Source: Antedon mediterranea (taxonomy: Eukaryota > Animalia > Echinodermata). Taken from it: 64,000 bases of DNA. The position numbers and the translations under genes were made by a program. Below are positions 50,501 through 63,500 of this stretch, piece by piece. The first letter of the stretch is position 1, and the number at the start of each line of letters is the position of its first letter. A model generated the notes under the pieces. The model was not told the origin of the DNA. It was given only the letters and a program-made list of their open reading frames with translations, and did not search any database. The DNA is taken from NCBI RefSeq assembly GCF_964355755.1, contig NC_092678.1, positions 6,278,422 to 6,342,421 on the forward strand, read 5' to 3'.

Positions 50501-53500
50501 CTTGGTTCCCACTAGAGGACGCAACGCAAGGACATAGACGCAACGCAAGCGAGTTGACCAATCACACGCGACTGTTCGAGTAATCTATCGCTCGTGATTA
50601 GTCAAATTAATTTGCCTTGCGTTGCGTCATAGTGGCAAACAAGCTTTATTAAGACCTCAATGACAACATTAATAGTGTCAGACCTAATTACAATTAATAT
50701 TCGATTATATAATTCTCTATGTTTCTTGTCATTGTTGATGACGAGAATTTTTTTTGGGTCATGCAACGTCATAAGATAACCACGTGACCTATAAATGAAT
50801 ATAAAATATAATGCATATAATCAAAACTTTTGATTATTTTTTGTACAAAGCTCATCACTTTAAAAGATCTGTGATATCAATATCGTTATTATCCGGACAG
50901 CGTAGAGCGTGTATGCGTAAGAGACTGTTTAAAATCAATAGAATATTTATTTTTTAATTCTGATGTCATTGTTTTCCGAAATTTTCGAGATCAACTCATG
51001 CGATGTCCTCGTAACGCATCTAATGTAGCTTTTTCCTGTTCTTTGTAATGTTTCATGATTGATGTGATTTTTAAAAGTTTAAATGGGCCATCGGCGGACA
51101 GGTGAAAACATTTAAACGTGTGCATTTATAATCAATAATGACGTCACCAACCTTTGGTTTGCTGCCACCTATACTGCCCGGCTTGATAGATCCAGTTTCG
51201 TAATAACGCGTTAGTATCTTGCTGACGCAACCATGAGAAACGAGTAGTTGACGTGATATGTCACACGGACGCACGCCTAGATGTGCAAGTTCGACGATTC
51301 GTGCGCGAATAAAATCTGGCAGTGGTCTACCATTGACAAAGACCCCGCCCAGTTGATTAACACCGGCCTGACCTAGAAGATAAAAAAGTTATTTTTAGAG
51401 ATAGGCCTACCTCTAATAAAGAAAACTTGTTTAGATTTGTTTTTTATAAATTTCTTATAGATTTTTGAAAGAGCTCTCTATACTATATCCTATTATTCAT
51501 GTTTAATAGAGTTATAGATGTGATATAGAAGTGTTATATAGATATAGATGTAGGCTTATATAGATTTTAATTCGTAGAACAGATAACATATTTCTAAAAA
51601 GTTATGGTATAAATTTCTTATGCTAAAATATTTTTCTAAAGAAGTGCTATTATTGTGTACTGTAGAGTTCTCATAGACTTATCGATAGAGTTGTTATACT
51701 TATATATTTCGTTATAGAGGTTTTTATAAAAATTGTAGGCTTGTGTAGAAATATATATATATTATAGGCCTAATGTTAAATATATAACATTTTATATAAA
51801 TCTATAAAACCTCTATATCGATGTTTCTAAGGATATCTCTATACAATTTCTATCTACACGATATCTATAACAAATCTATCGAAAAATGCCATAGAGTAAA
51901 TAGTTAGAATTTATATAAACATTTTTCTAGATTTAAAAAAAAAATTCTATATAGGCCTAATATATTTTCCTACGGGGCAAATCCATGCTTCCATTGTAGT
52001 AGGCTGATACGGAGTTAACTAATGGCCTAAACAGGTTATAATGTTGACGAATATAACATCGTTTTAACATTCAGCAGATATCGACATATCAATCAGTAAT
52101 TATTACCCTCAATTGGTATAGGCTATAATTTGTATTATATCTCTATAGGTATTTAAAAAAGGTAACATCGGTACATGACTATGCATGCCGAATGTTAACA
52201 GGCCGCCTAACAATACAATAACCTGAAATTTAAATTACTTATTCGATTTGAGAAGGGGGAATTACAAAGCTTTTCTTAACATTGCGGCAGTGAGTCTCAC
52301 TGTATCACCTGCATCTGTCGCGAACCCACATTTTATGTAACAACATCCATTTAGTTTCATACAATTGGGACAGGGATGGTTCAATACATAATCATGTAAT
52401 TTAATTAATTATTAATTTGTTGTCGATTTGCAGAACCCAGTTCCGTTTGTTGTTGATATAGATAAATAGGTCGAAACTCACTACTTAACAATAGGACATG
52501 CCGAATAGGACTTTCCCGTTTTAGAGTAATCATAAATAGATAATATCGTATTTATATAAACAACTGTCTTGCGTAAGTTAATGTTCTTAGCGATTTACTT
52601 ACAGTAGTTATAATGATAATTATGATGAGTAGGCCTATGACAAAAAAAAAATCACGATTGCGTAGTATTTCACCGATGCCCTTATAAAGGCATTACTCTC
52701 GCTTCTAAATACTGTGATATCTAAATTTATAGCTACAATTTCTCAAAGCTTATTCATTATTAAAAATATTATTATGTCATATAATACAAAAATACAATAA
52801 TTGGTGTCACTGATTAAATTATAAAGAATAAATAAATACAGCATAAACAAGAAGTCACATACATTTTTTATTTACCCAATTCTATTTCATAAGAAAGTGC
52901 CATATAAGGTTTGGTTAGGCTTATTATGGCCTATGATACAGACGTCATGTGATACAAATGTGACACTGTATTGCAGAATTTGACTGGATATATTACAGAT
53001 ACAGTACCGCGGATTTAAAAAAAAAAAATTCAATTTCGGGCGTTACCATTTAACGTCATCTATAACACAAATGTATCTTTAATTTTAATGCATAAAGTAT
53101 GGGGCGCCATAATCAGCAAAAGTATACCTTGATTTGTAATATATGGCGCCTTGTTGAGCTACCGTCACTAATTCGATGCTAAACACAAAAGTATCTTTAG
53201 TTTAATTACAGCATAAAGTATGAGGCGCCATAATCAGAAAAAGTATACATTGATGTGTTAGATAGGCTAATATGGCGCCGCGTTGAGCTACCGTAACTAA
53301 TTCTTAAGTCAGTCAATACAATTACTTAAGGTAATTCAAGATATCTTGCCATATTCATTCACAGCTTATGTTGCTTCCTCCTTTACTCTTTTTCATCATT
53401 GCCAAGGTGACCACAGTACCAGAATTGAATAACAGTAGTATAATATGCATGAAATGTTTTGTGCCTATACCTGGATAAACCAACTTTAGCCCCTACCCTC

Positions 53501-56500
53501 CGTAGTGAGAGAACAAAACGAATCCCTCTACTTAAAAATGGGACAGTCCGCAACTTTGCCCTCTAGTGGAAACATCCATGCATGCTTAAAACGAAAGTGA
53601 GATCGAAACAGTTTTTGGTTTACTGTCAGCCTTTTCGATAGATATTATTGTAACATTTTTTCCAGCCATAATACTATAAGCTATAGTATGTTATAACTGT
53701 TTCCTAATGCTTTTCCGTTCTCTTGAATATAACTGCCTAAAAGCGCGGCGCGAAAAACACCATAAGCATGAATACATTTTGCTATTATAAATTGACCGGA
53801 TTGATTAAGTTGATAGTAAGAAAGAAAGTATAACGAATGTGTGTAAATGGTCATGATGAATAACGTAGATTCTATATTTTTATTACCGTTACCGCTAGTC
53901 TGTGTGTAAACTGGCCTTTAATGAAAAGAACCTGTTACTCGGTGTAATAGACGTATATAAATATCTCATCTGTGCGTTCAATATTGAAATAATAAACGCG
54001 TGTTAGACCGTTCGTCTGAAACTCTTAATGTGTCATATTGTTGACGACTAAATTACATTTTATAATCGTTCTTTAAGTACAAATATGTCATTTCACATTC
54101 ACTTACTCACATAAAGCAGTTGTCGAACAATTGAAACGAATACATAAAAGTGGTACAAATCGCGTTAAAACGTCATGATGACGTTGATATGACGAAGTTC
54201 TTATTATTTATTTTTTTTAAACCAGGGTAGGTACAGTGCACAGTAAATTGCTTAAATAAATATGTTAATTGATTTTAAAAAAAATTGAAATTTTATAAGG
54301 GGATTGAAGTCAAATCCAAATTGATTTGCCCTGATTTTCCGGGTTTACCAAAGCTCTGTCTACACTATCAAACTTTATGTGACAAATTAATTAATTGATT
54401 GACAACACCACATTCCTAATACAGAATATTGTCTAACATACAATCTAACAATCTAACAATCTAACAATCTAACTATACATAATAGTTGACGCACACTTTT
54501 AAAGATATATTGTCCCCCTAAAAAAATATTTTTTTTAAATTTTGTTGTTGAATATGTTATTTTAATGTCGCATGCCTAATAGTTATTCACTCTCACAAAA
54601 AATTGGGTCTGAAAAAAATTTATTTACCTGAGAAAAATGTAATTTAAAGCAAAAAATTGTCAAATTGTCTGGAAGACAATGAGTTTTTGGGTAATTTAAC
54701 TGTTTATTTGTCTTTATATAGGTAAAATAATTTTTTCCCCCGTTTTTTTTCTTATGGAAGTGAACAACTTCATTAAAACTGCAAAATGGCCTATTCAAAG
54801 TCCGATTTTAAAAATCTTAATTTTTCATGATTTTGGGGGACAATACATCTTTAATGAGTAGGCTATAATTTATCATTATCTGTCTACACTATCTAATTTT
54901 ATGTGACAAAACAAATGTGATGTACCCTTATAATGGACATAATGATGTCATATAACTACCATATTTGGTCATATTACTACCATATTTGGGCACATCACAC
55001 TTTTTGTGTCAAACTAGTTTACAATTATGTAGAACCTTCCTTTGAAACATCCCTATTCAGGGACACCCCTAAGGAGACACGTTTCTCAGAAACGAAAGAT
55101 GGGAAAATATCACAGGGTCATAGGGTCAACCTCTATTTACAGGCAACATCCTTCGTGGTTTTCTATGTATTTGTTAATTAGAGTATACTGAAGGTGTGCG
55201 AACAGACAAAGTCTACCGAATGTTGGCAATGTTTTTTTTTAACGAAACAACCGCATTATTTTTTTCCTATAGGCCTAAATAGAATAGGGGAAAAAATGAT
55301 GCCGCCCGGCCATTATACCATTTTGTTGGTGGTGACATAAACACGATATAGGTCCCGTTTCTATTTTGTAAACATTTAAGGTATTTGTGGTATGAATATG
55401 ATGGTATGGTGATGAAATCATGGGGGAATATATAATTTGTTCCCATAGATTTCTGGAAAATGGAAAAAAGATAATGCCGCCCGGCCATTATACCATTTCT
55501 GTTGGTGGTGGCATAGACACGATATAGGTCCCATTTATATATTTCGAAACATCTTCTAAACAATGATAGTTTGGTGGTGAAATCATGGATAAATAAAATT
55601 ACAAAGTTAGCATAATTCTGTAATCCACCATAAAGGCAAATTTACACAAATTTATACAAATACCATAAAAATGTTGATTCTTATGACCATGTACACAAAA
55701 CGCGGGGAGTGGACGGGCGGTCTCTGCTTATTTCAAATACTAAAAGGGGTGATCCATTTAATGCCATGGAGGAAGCTGACCCCCGAGGGGCTCCATTATC
55801 ATTATTACATAATATAAAACAAGGTGCCGCATGCATCTGTAACAATTAAGGTTACATAAAAAAGAAGTTATATAAAATAATTAATAATTTTTATCAGGCC
55901 TATCAAATTTTCATTCGTTAGTTCTTATTTTCTCATTTAATGTATTTAACATTTAAAATGTGCCTAAAGTTATTTTCACAGGAATGAATATTACCTGTTT
56001 TGAATGTATGTATGCGTCGCAACAATACAAAATAGGCCTAAATTTTATAATAGGCGTATCTTTCTTTAAAGATATATTTTTCCCCTGAAATCATAATGTC
56101 ATAATATAGTTTTCACTTTTGATTTTTCACTTGAATCGAAAAAAGATATATATTTACCTGAATAAAATGTAATTTAAAGCAAAAAATAATTGTCTCAGAC
56201 AATGAGTTTTTGGTTAAAATTAACCGTTTATTTTATCTTTTTTATAAGTGAAATAATAATTATTTTTGGGGGTTTTTTATTCTACAGAAGTGAATAACTT
56301 AATTAAATGTGAAAAATGAACTTAATGTTTTCATGTTTTTTTTAATTATTTTGATAAAATGTCTTTGAATGCGCCGCAATGTACTGAATACTTAAACGGA
56401 CTTAAATGAAAAATAGGCCTAACGTATATGTTTTCACATGAATGATGACTATTTTATTTATTATTTATTTTTATAAAATGTATTTGAATACTGGATTGTT

Positions 56501-57967
56501 ATTTTACCGTTTGTTGTTTTACCGTTTGTTGCGTACATTGCGATGATGGTGAGCAATTAATTGTCTGTTGATCTTTTAAATGTTTTTTTTTATGGTATTC
56601 AATGTTATATTTTTGTACGTGAATAATAAAGAAAGCTTACAAAAATCATGGTGGAAGAATTATTTAGATAAACATTATATTATTATACAGTACTGTATAT
56701 AATTCCTATGCTCATATATTTATTTATTTATTTACATTTATTTACTCAGGGTGGCCCAAACAGTTAAAAACTGGTTTCCATTGGGGCCCTGCATTTTACG
56801 TACAAAAGCAATAGCACACAGTTAATAATGTATAACAATAAAAATATGGAAAAATGATCATCTTTATGTATCTCCCTGAATTACTATGTTTTTATTGTCT
56901 GTGTTTTAGACTGCTTATTATAGACATGTTTTGATTTATTTACAGATTGTATTAGGCCTCTGTACAAATTAGCAAATCTGTTTTAGTTCCGTTTTAGTGC
57001 GAAAATAAAGCAATTCTCCTGGAGTGCTGAATACGTTATTGAAATTTTGGCCTACTACTAATAATAATGATTTCAAACGAAACAGTTTTTTTATGTTGTT
57101 AATGTGGTAGGCCTATTTTCTGGTAATAATTTAATTTACTGTGGCCTATGACATAGTCTTAAACAAATTAACTCGACTATATCAATTTATATGATTTGTT
57201 TATCATTGTTATTACTATTACAAAATGTTTTAATAATGATTTTTTCAAATTCTACAAACAAAATATTCTTTTTCATTTTGTTTATTTCAGTTTTTAATTT
57301 TTAATTTTAGTTTAGTTTCCCTTGAACATGGGTTTAGTATTCAAGTTAGTTTAATCACGTCCAAGTTTAATCACTTCCAAAATTAATTAATATTGGCCTA
57401 TATAAACATTTTACTGTACACAATTATTTACGGCTTTTATCGAAGAAGAAGAATTACAATTACATTCGATAACTCCAAAAATAAAATTGCGTATAACGTA
57501 AATGTCAGGATACAACAAATAATATTACGATAACGCGCGCAGAAGATAAAAAAAACGCCAGGATATACCCCTCTCAGGTCAAAACTGCATTAACATTAAT
57601 TTTGTAGCAAAAACAATATTACGATAACGCGCGCAGAAGATACGTAATTGCGTATATAATTCGTTACTCGATGGACTTACAGACCGACCAGAACAAATGG
57701 TACGAATTCAATTTATTAAAGCTTTATAAAAAATTATTAAAAACTCGTCAATTTGATTTAATGTCATTAACAATTCGTTACCCGATGGACTTACAGACCG
57801 ACCAGAAAAAATGGTACATAATGCATGCATGTCGGTCACTGCTGCAGCAGGATAGACCGTTACTCAATTATTTTGATTTTTATCGTGAACTCATCAATTT
57901 GAGTTATTTTCATTAACAAAATATATATAATTATTTTTCTTTTTGATGTCTTACCTGTATGCGGCAT
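47569..57967 (-). CDS. Poxn: Paired box protein Pox neuro (paired domain, no homeodomain)
   Basis: Minus-strand exons 57967-57955 (MPHT), 51372-51152, 50144-49965, 49543-49300 and 48068-47569 (TAA). The joined N-terminus [88 protein letters not shown]...[30 protein letters not shown] has the Poxn-type MPHTGQAG, QLLVSHG and ILTR signatures. Octapeptide-like HSISHFMS in the last exon. Confidence 0.93.
50499..50645. mobile_element. MITE family B (Harbinger-like, imperfect palindrome), best-preserved copy
   Basis: AGCTTGGTTCCCACTAG..GACGCAACGCAAG..TTGACCAATCAC / GTGATTAGTCAA..CTTGCGTTGCGTC..TAGTGGCAAACAAGCT. Related copies at about 9122-9915, 24109-24705, 43712-43832, 44510-44645, 48312-48430, 50390-50490 and 63376-63490. 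Confidence 0.78.
54503..54850. mobile_element. TTAA-flanked MITE (Kolobok-like AG...CT termini)
   Basis: TTAA-AGATATATTGTCCCCC ... GGGGGACAATACATCT-TTAA; decayed second copy at about 56066-56370. Confidence 0.78.
54879..55020. mobile_element. MITE family A copy, partial (solo left end also at 54352-54386)
   Basis: Internal consensus and partial TIRs. Confidence 0.7.
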
Positions 57968-58860
57968 TATTTGTTTTTCTTTATACGCGTTGTCACCTTC
58001 CAATCAAACAGAAGTTGTTGAAACTGTAGCCAAAACCCACACGACAACTTTCCTATTCGCACGCAGAGTCGTGAAAAGCCGGAGATTCACTGGCTTGTGT
58101 CTTGACGTCAAATGACATGAAATCCAGATTGATCGTTTTAGTTTTGTCCCCGATTTGCCTATTAAAAGCGATAACGATTCGCTGAGGTGTTGGACGCCAC
58201 TTACACTGCAAACAGATCGAACGTCTGATCAACCGAGCGTGTAGCGAGTAACAGGCGTATTACCCGAATTTGTCATTCCCAATCCAAAATTGATACCGCC
58301 ATAGAAACAAAACACCTGCGTATTCTTGGTTACCATAGCGATCAAAGCATTCTCCCCTTAGCGCGGAAATTGCGAGGAAGTTTACCGTAGCAGGCGTAGC
58401 GTGAAGCAACCATCAGAACGTGCATCGGAAGGCCGACAAATAAATTGTTTTTCATTACTATACGTCTCTTGTCGCTAAACTGTGTTCGCAGCGCATAGTG
58501 TGACGGCCTGGGCAGGTGTTTCTCTAGTCTCATGTACCTAGGCCATTGTCCTTCGATACAGGCCTAACAGTTTTAGATAATAGCATGTTAAAAAATCTTA
58601 ACTACTTTGAATTAATATGGACGACTAAGAACATGAACAATTCATGCATGGTCATAATTATAGCAAAGCTAATCCGTCTGTGTCAGTTTTTCTACATTGA
58701 TCATTTCACATTGAAGCTGACTTTAACTCTTTCAATAATACGAGAAGAAAAAAGATTTAACGTATTAGGCCGTTTAAATGTTTAAATAAAACGTAAGGTA
58801 ATGAATAACAAAGTATGCTGCTTATGCACAAAAATAATAACCGATTATTTTTGTTTTTAA

Positions 58861-58973
58861 AGCTCTATCTACACTATCAAACTGGTGTCCAAATAGCCCA
58901 AATATGATAGTGATGACATCATCATGTCCATATAAGGGCACATCATATAAAGTTAGATAGTGTAGACAGAGCT
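58861..58973. mobile_element. MITE family A copy
   Basis: Both TIRs, TAA TSD. Confidence 0.82.
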
Positions 58974-59389
58974 TAAGTGAATGATAAATTATACTCATTA
59001 AAAGTGTGCATCAACTATTGTATGTTATATAATATTTAATAATTTTGTATTATGAATCTGGTGTTGTTAATAAATTAATTCATTCATAATTAATAATTTA
59101 TTAATTAGACTCGTAAAATATTTATAATACGTCGATCTAGCGCTTAATGTACAAGCCTCTAAGCGCTTCACATGGAGAGTAAAGTTATATCCGCGCCGAA
59201 CGCAACGTGCGCCACGTATGTTAAAATACGTGCGCAAATTTTATATGTTGACCTGAAGTATAATTGTTAACATTAGGTAATAGAGCATATGTATATTACA
59301 AGGTCAAACATCGAACGTTTGTTTTTAATTGCATCTTGATGTATTTCCAAATGAAATTTTGCTTTGTTATAGGCCTATACTTTGAAATT

Positions 59390-59707
59390 GATTGATTGAA
59401 ATTTATATTTATACTGGGTAACCTCTTCAGTCAAAGACTGGTCTCCCAGAGGACCCAGTTGGTGATCACTGGCTGTGATGTACTAATACACCGGGGTAAT
59501 CCCCTACTCGTCTCGAAAGATGTACTAGGTTCTTTAAAGGGCACACGAGCTAGATGTGTACACTGGACCTACAGTTTATAGTCCTTTATCCGAGAAGACT
59601 CGTTCTACCACCAGAACCATGGAGTGAGTGAGCTTAGAAACCCCTGCCGATGTTATGACTACGTAATTACGGTTCCACTGTCTTAACCGCTCGGCCACTC
59701 ACTCACT
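59390..59707 (-). mobile_element. tRNA-derived SINE, same head and core as the 35765 copy
   Basis: Reverse complement matches the 35765 copy over about 220 bp; different 3' tail ending in (CAAT)n. Confidence 0.82.
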
Positions 59708-60674
59708 TAGATTTGCATTATTAAGTACAGTAATTATGTTTAACACCAGAAATAACAACATAAATAAACACATTTTAGGTTTTGCATAGAACGCCATTAA
59801 AATAAACAATAGACCTATTCGTAGTGTAGGCCTACTGACAATCACCTATTATCTCAATCAATGACGTAATGAGTCGAAGAACACAACATGTGCATTAAGT
59901 GAAAACTTTTCAAAACGTAGAGGTCGCTACAAATGAAAAGCAACAAGAGCGTAATTGAAGTCGCTGCGCTTGAGACTATTCCATTTTGTTGCAGGGGTAG
60001 TTTTGCTTACGAAATGAATACAATTAACTAACGATAAAAGAAAATACATGTGTGTCATGGCAGGCACTTTTGCAGAGCTGGCGTACGTATAGGTATAAAC
60101 AAATAAAAATATATAATATACATATAATCAATAAGTAATAATAATTTTTAATAATAATACTAATGTGTAGGCATAATAATATGGCTTTCTCAACACAAGT
60201 TTCAATCAATTTTAATTTTAAGTTTATGATTTAAGATAAATAACACTTTTGGTTTGGCCCTTCCATCTCTTATAATTTAATTATGCATGCGTGGTGAGTA
60301 CAGATGTACGATTATATTTAAACAATACTGTACTTGAGTGGATTTAAATGTCCTTTTGAGATCATAAATAATTTATGGCAGTTTTGTAGGTACAGGGTAC
60401 GGTAAAGTACAGTCCATTCGTCGCGCGCCTCGATTTTTTTCGTTACCATGTTGAAAATCGTGTTTGGCAACGCACATCGTATCATAGAAACGCATCCGCG
60501 TGCGCATATCAACTCGCGTACGAAATAGTAGATTCTGATTGAATAGCCGGCGGTTTTGTGTCATGGAAACTGTGTTTTGGCTAAATGAACAACTGCGTTT
60601 GTGAAAGACTTTATACCATAAAAATACTTCGAATTGTCAACACGTTCTGAATTTAGTACACAACAATAAGAAGA

Positions 60675-61661
60675 ATGTTTACCACTATGTTATTAATTAA
60701 CCGTTTTATGTCTGGAAAGCAAGTGAACAGGCTTGTGTAAGTAATAATATAAGAATAATTATGGCTTATTTTCGATTTTTTTTTTCGATAAAAATGTAGG
60801 CAATTGTATGCGTTGTGCTCTGCGCACTGTGGCTCTTTAAGATGGTTTCGCTTCGTTTATTTATTTATTCGATACAATAAGCCTATATTTCTAAAAAGCA
60901 ACAAAGAGATAAAAAATGCTTGGCAGGGACAGCTTAAGAAAAATATATCGCTGTAACTCATATGAGTTACGTATACCATTGTGATCTGATATGTGTTTTG
61001 TTGAAATAGATCAATCGAACCACCAAAGACCAAGCCGGCAGAACCGATGGCTCCTTACACATTATACGTATTAAAGAAAAACCTTAAAAAGTGCCCAGCT
61101 GTGGAGACCAACAACTCCTTCTGTGTGTTCGCCAAAGCTCAATGGCCTTGGATGTCAGCTCTTTGCTATCATCCGAACGTCAGTTCCGTAGAAGGCACTA
61201 ATGACGGGCTTGCAGCTCATGTAGATCTACTCAAAGACCAAAAAGACTACCTCGCCTCTAAGCCTAAAGAATTAGCAAACATGGCAAAGGAACACGAAGA
61301 GCATCTGGCTAAAAGAGATGTTCTTCAAGGACAGAATGCTGCTTTAGAAGCTGTGTTGAATCTGATGGACCATGCTATGGAGAAAAAGAAATCCGCCATC
61401 GAATGTGAAGAAAAACGGATTGCTAATATTGCCAAAGAGCTCATGCTAACAGCTGGTAAAAGAGACACTGCTAAATATGTATTGGACAACTTCAAGAAGC
61501 AGTTGGAGTCCTTCGAGAAATACTTCGAAGAAAAGAAGGAAGAATACCAGAAAGCGATGGCAGCACTTGATGAAAAGGTGGATGGTCTATTCGAGGAAGA
61601 TAAGACACAACTCCACCGCAGTTACTCCTCAAACTCTTCTGATCTTCCGAACCTTCAATAA
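60675..61661 (+). CDS. Uncharacterised ~237-aa protein (presequence-like N-terminus, HMG-box-like segment, coiled coil); two coding exons
   Basis: The 204-codon ORF 61047-61661 stays open upstream to an acceptor (aaatag, exon start 61010). A phase-2-compatible upstream exon 60675-60736 (MFTTMLLINRFMSGKQVNRLV, GTAAGT donor) joins in frame: 62+652=714 nt. AATAAA at 61801; CpG-rich stretch about 60420-60560 upstream. Confidence 0.72.
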
Positions 61662-63500
61662 TTAATTTAAAACATTCTGAGAATATTTTGACATAATTAT
61701 AATACTTTGATAGAACATTACCGATGCATCATTAACTTTTAACAGTCTTTCTTTTTAAATAATAATTCTCATACGAAAATAATTTTAATTGAAAATGTGC
61801 AATAAATATTTTTTAAGTGGATTTATTTGTATGGTTTAGTTATTCTCTTCTCTCTAATCGTCTTTTAATCTGATGGCTTGGAGCATTTATCCTACTTCTT
61901 GTAGTCTCCCCCATCTTTATTTCTTTATAAAATAATCCTGATAATTACAGAAAAGGTAAGTACGCCCTCTTGGGATATTGGCGGATTGCTTAAAAACAGT
62001 GTAGAGAGTATAGAGTGAAACACGACGGGCACACGGCCGGCAGACAATTAATTTCTATAGGCCTCTCCTACTTCACGAACGAAAAGTTTAACTTTTGATT
62101 GTAAGTAAGTTTGTATGGCATAAATAACTGCGTAATACTTATTATTGTGGATTATTTAAAAAAAAAAAAGATAACGTTAAATGTATGCTTTTAAGGTCAC
62201 CTCAGGTTTCCACCAAGGCCTATTCTTGTAATTAATTTATACCATTATTCTTACCGCAATTCTCCTAATAATAATCCTCTCTAGGAGGCCTGTAGGCTGT
62301 AGAGTAGGAGTAGTAGGCCGTAGAGTAGTAGGCTGTGCGCCTGGGGGCTGAGCCCTACTCGCCTAACCCCCAGCCAGTAGGTATGAAGGGGAAATTAGCC
62401 TTCCCTATCCCACCAATACTGGCCTTTTAGTAGAGTTGTAGGCAGGATGCCCTAACCTGCTCAGACAAATGCGCCTAAAGGCCTAATAGCCTAGGCTAGT
62501 ACCCAAAAAATTGTTGTTTTTTTTCTGCTGTGGTTGGTATGGGAACTCAACACACACAGCATTGTTTTTTTCGGGTGGATTTACAACTCCCTGGATTTTT
62601 AGGACAAAATGGCAAGGATTTTTATTTTACTTTTTAGGGATGGGAGTTCGGCAGTTGAAAAAGGAGAGGTACAATACAGTCAAAATATTATTCAGTATTT
62701 ATTAATTCATGGTCAAACACAGTAAAATATGTACATGGTTTTAAATTTTCAAAATTATTTTTAGGCCTTCCATCTATCTGTGGCTTTTTCTCTCGCATCC
62801 ACATAAATGTTAAATACAAAATATTCATAAAACCATCATTTTTAATTATCTAACCTATAATTTTGAAGAAACATTACTTAGGCCAACATTTTATTAATTG
62901 ATTGGAGCATAAATTTACTATGTTTATAATGTGGGCTATTTTTTATATAGCCGGTGACGTCTATATATTTGGTGGAAAACTAAATATTGAGGCCGCTTTA
63001 TTTTGTATTATTACATAAAAGGTGCGCGCTATATTAAGTTATTAATACAAAGAGGACGCTACATTTAGCTACAAGTTATCACACACATTGGTCACTGAAA
63101 AAGTTGGCATATACTGTATAATAACTTAGTTATTAAATATTGTTTATCATCTTTGTGTTACTGTTAGGCATCATTGGAGCTCAGAATATACTGTATGAGA
63201 CATACTTGTTACAGTTATGCTCCCGTAAAGGATCACTTATTAAGCACTAATGACGTCCCACTAGACTGCAACATTTCTTAAGGTAGGCTTGAATTAAGTA
63301 GTTTAACATTAAACAATAATATCTTTAAAAAAAAATACATTAGGGATCATGTCTAAATTATTAAATTATTCTTAAGGCCTGGTTCACACTAGGATGCAAT
63401 GCAAGTTTGACCCATCATATGATCATCTGAACTGTTGCTTGTGATTGGTCAACTTGTGTTGCCCCTACATTGTTGCGTTACGTTGAAATGCAATTTAATC

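Noticed and set aside
49935-51274. Pax2/5/8, Pax6 or a Tc1-transposase paired-like domain
   Set aside because: The MPHTGQAG start and the QLLVSHG and ILTR residues are Poxn-type; no homeodomain or DDE domain follows.
61950-62110. First exons of a further + strand gene (GTAAGT donors near 61956 and 62101)
   Set aside because: No ORF or downstream coding exon identifiable within the window; unsupported.
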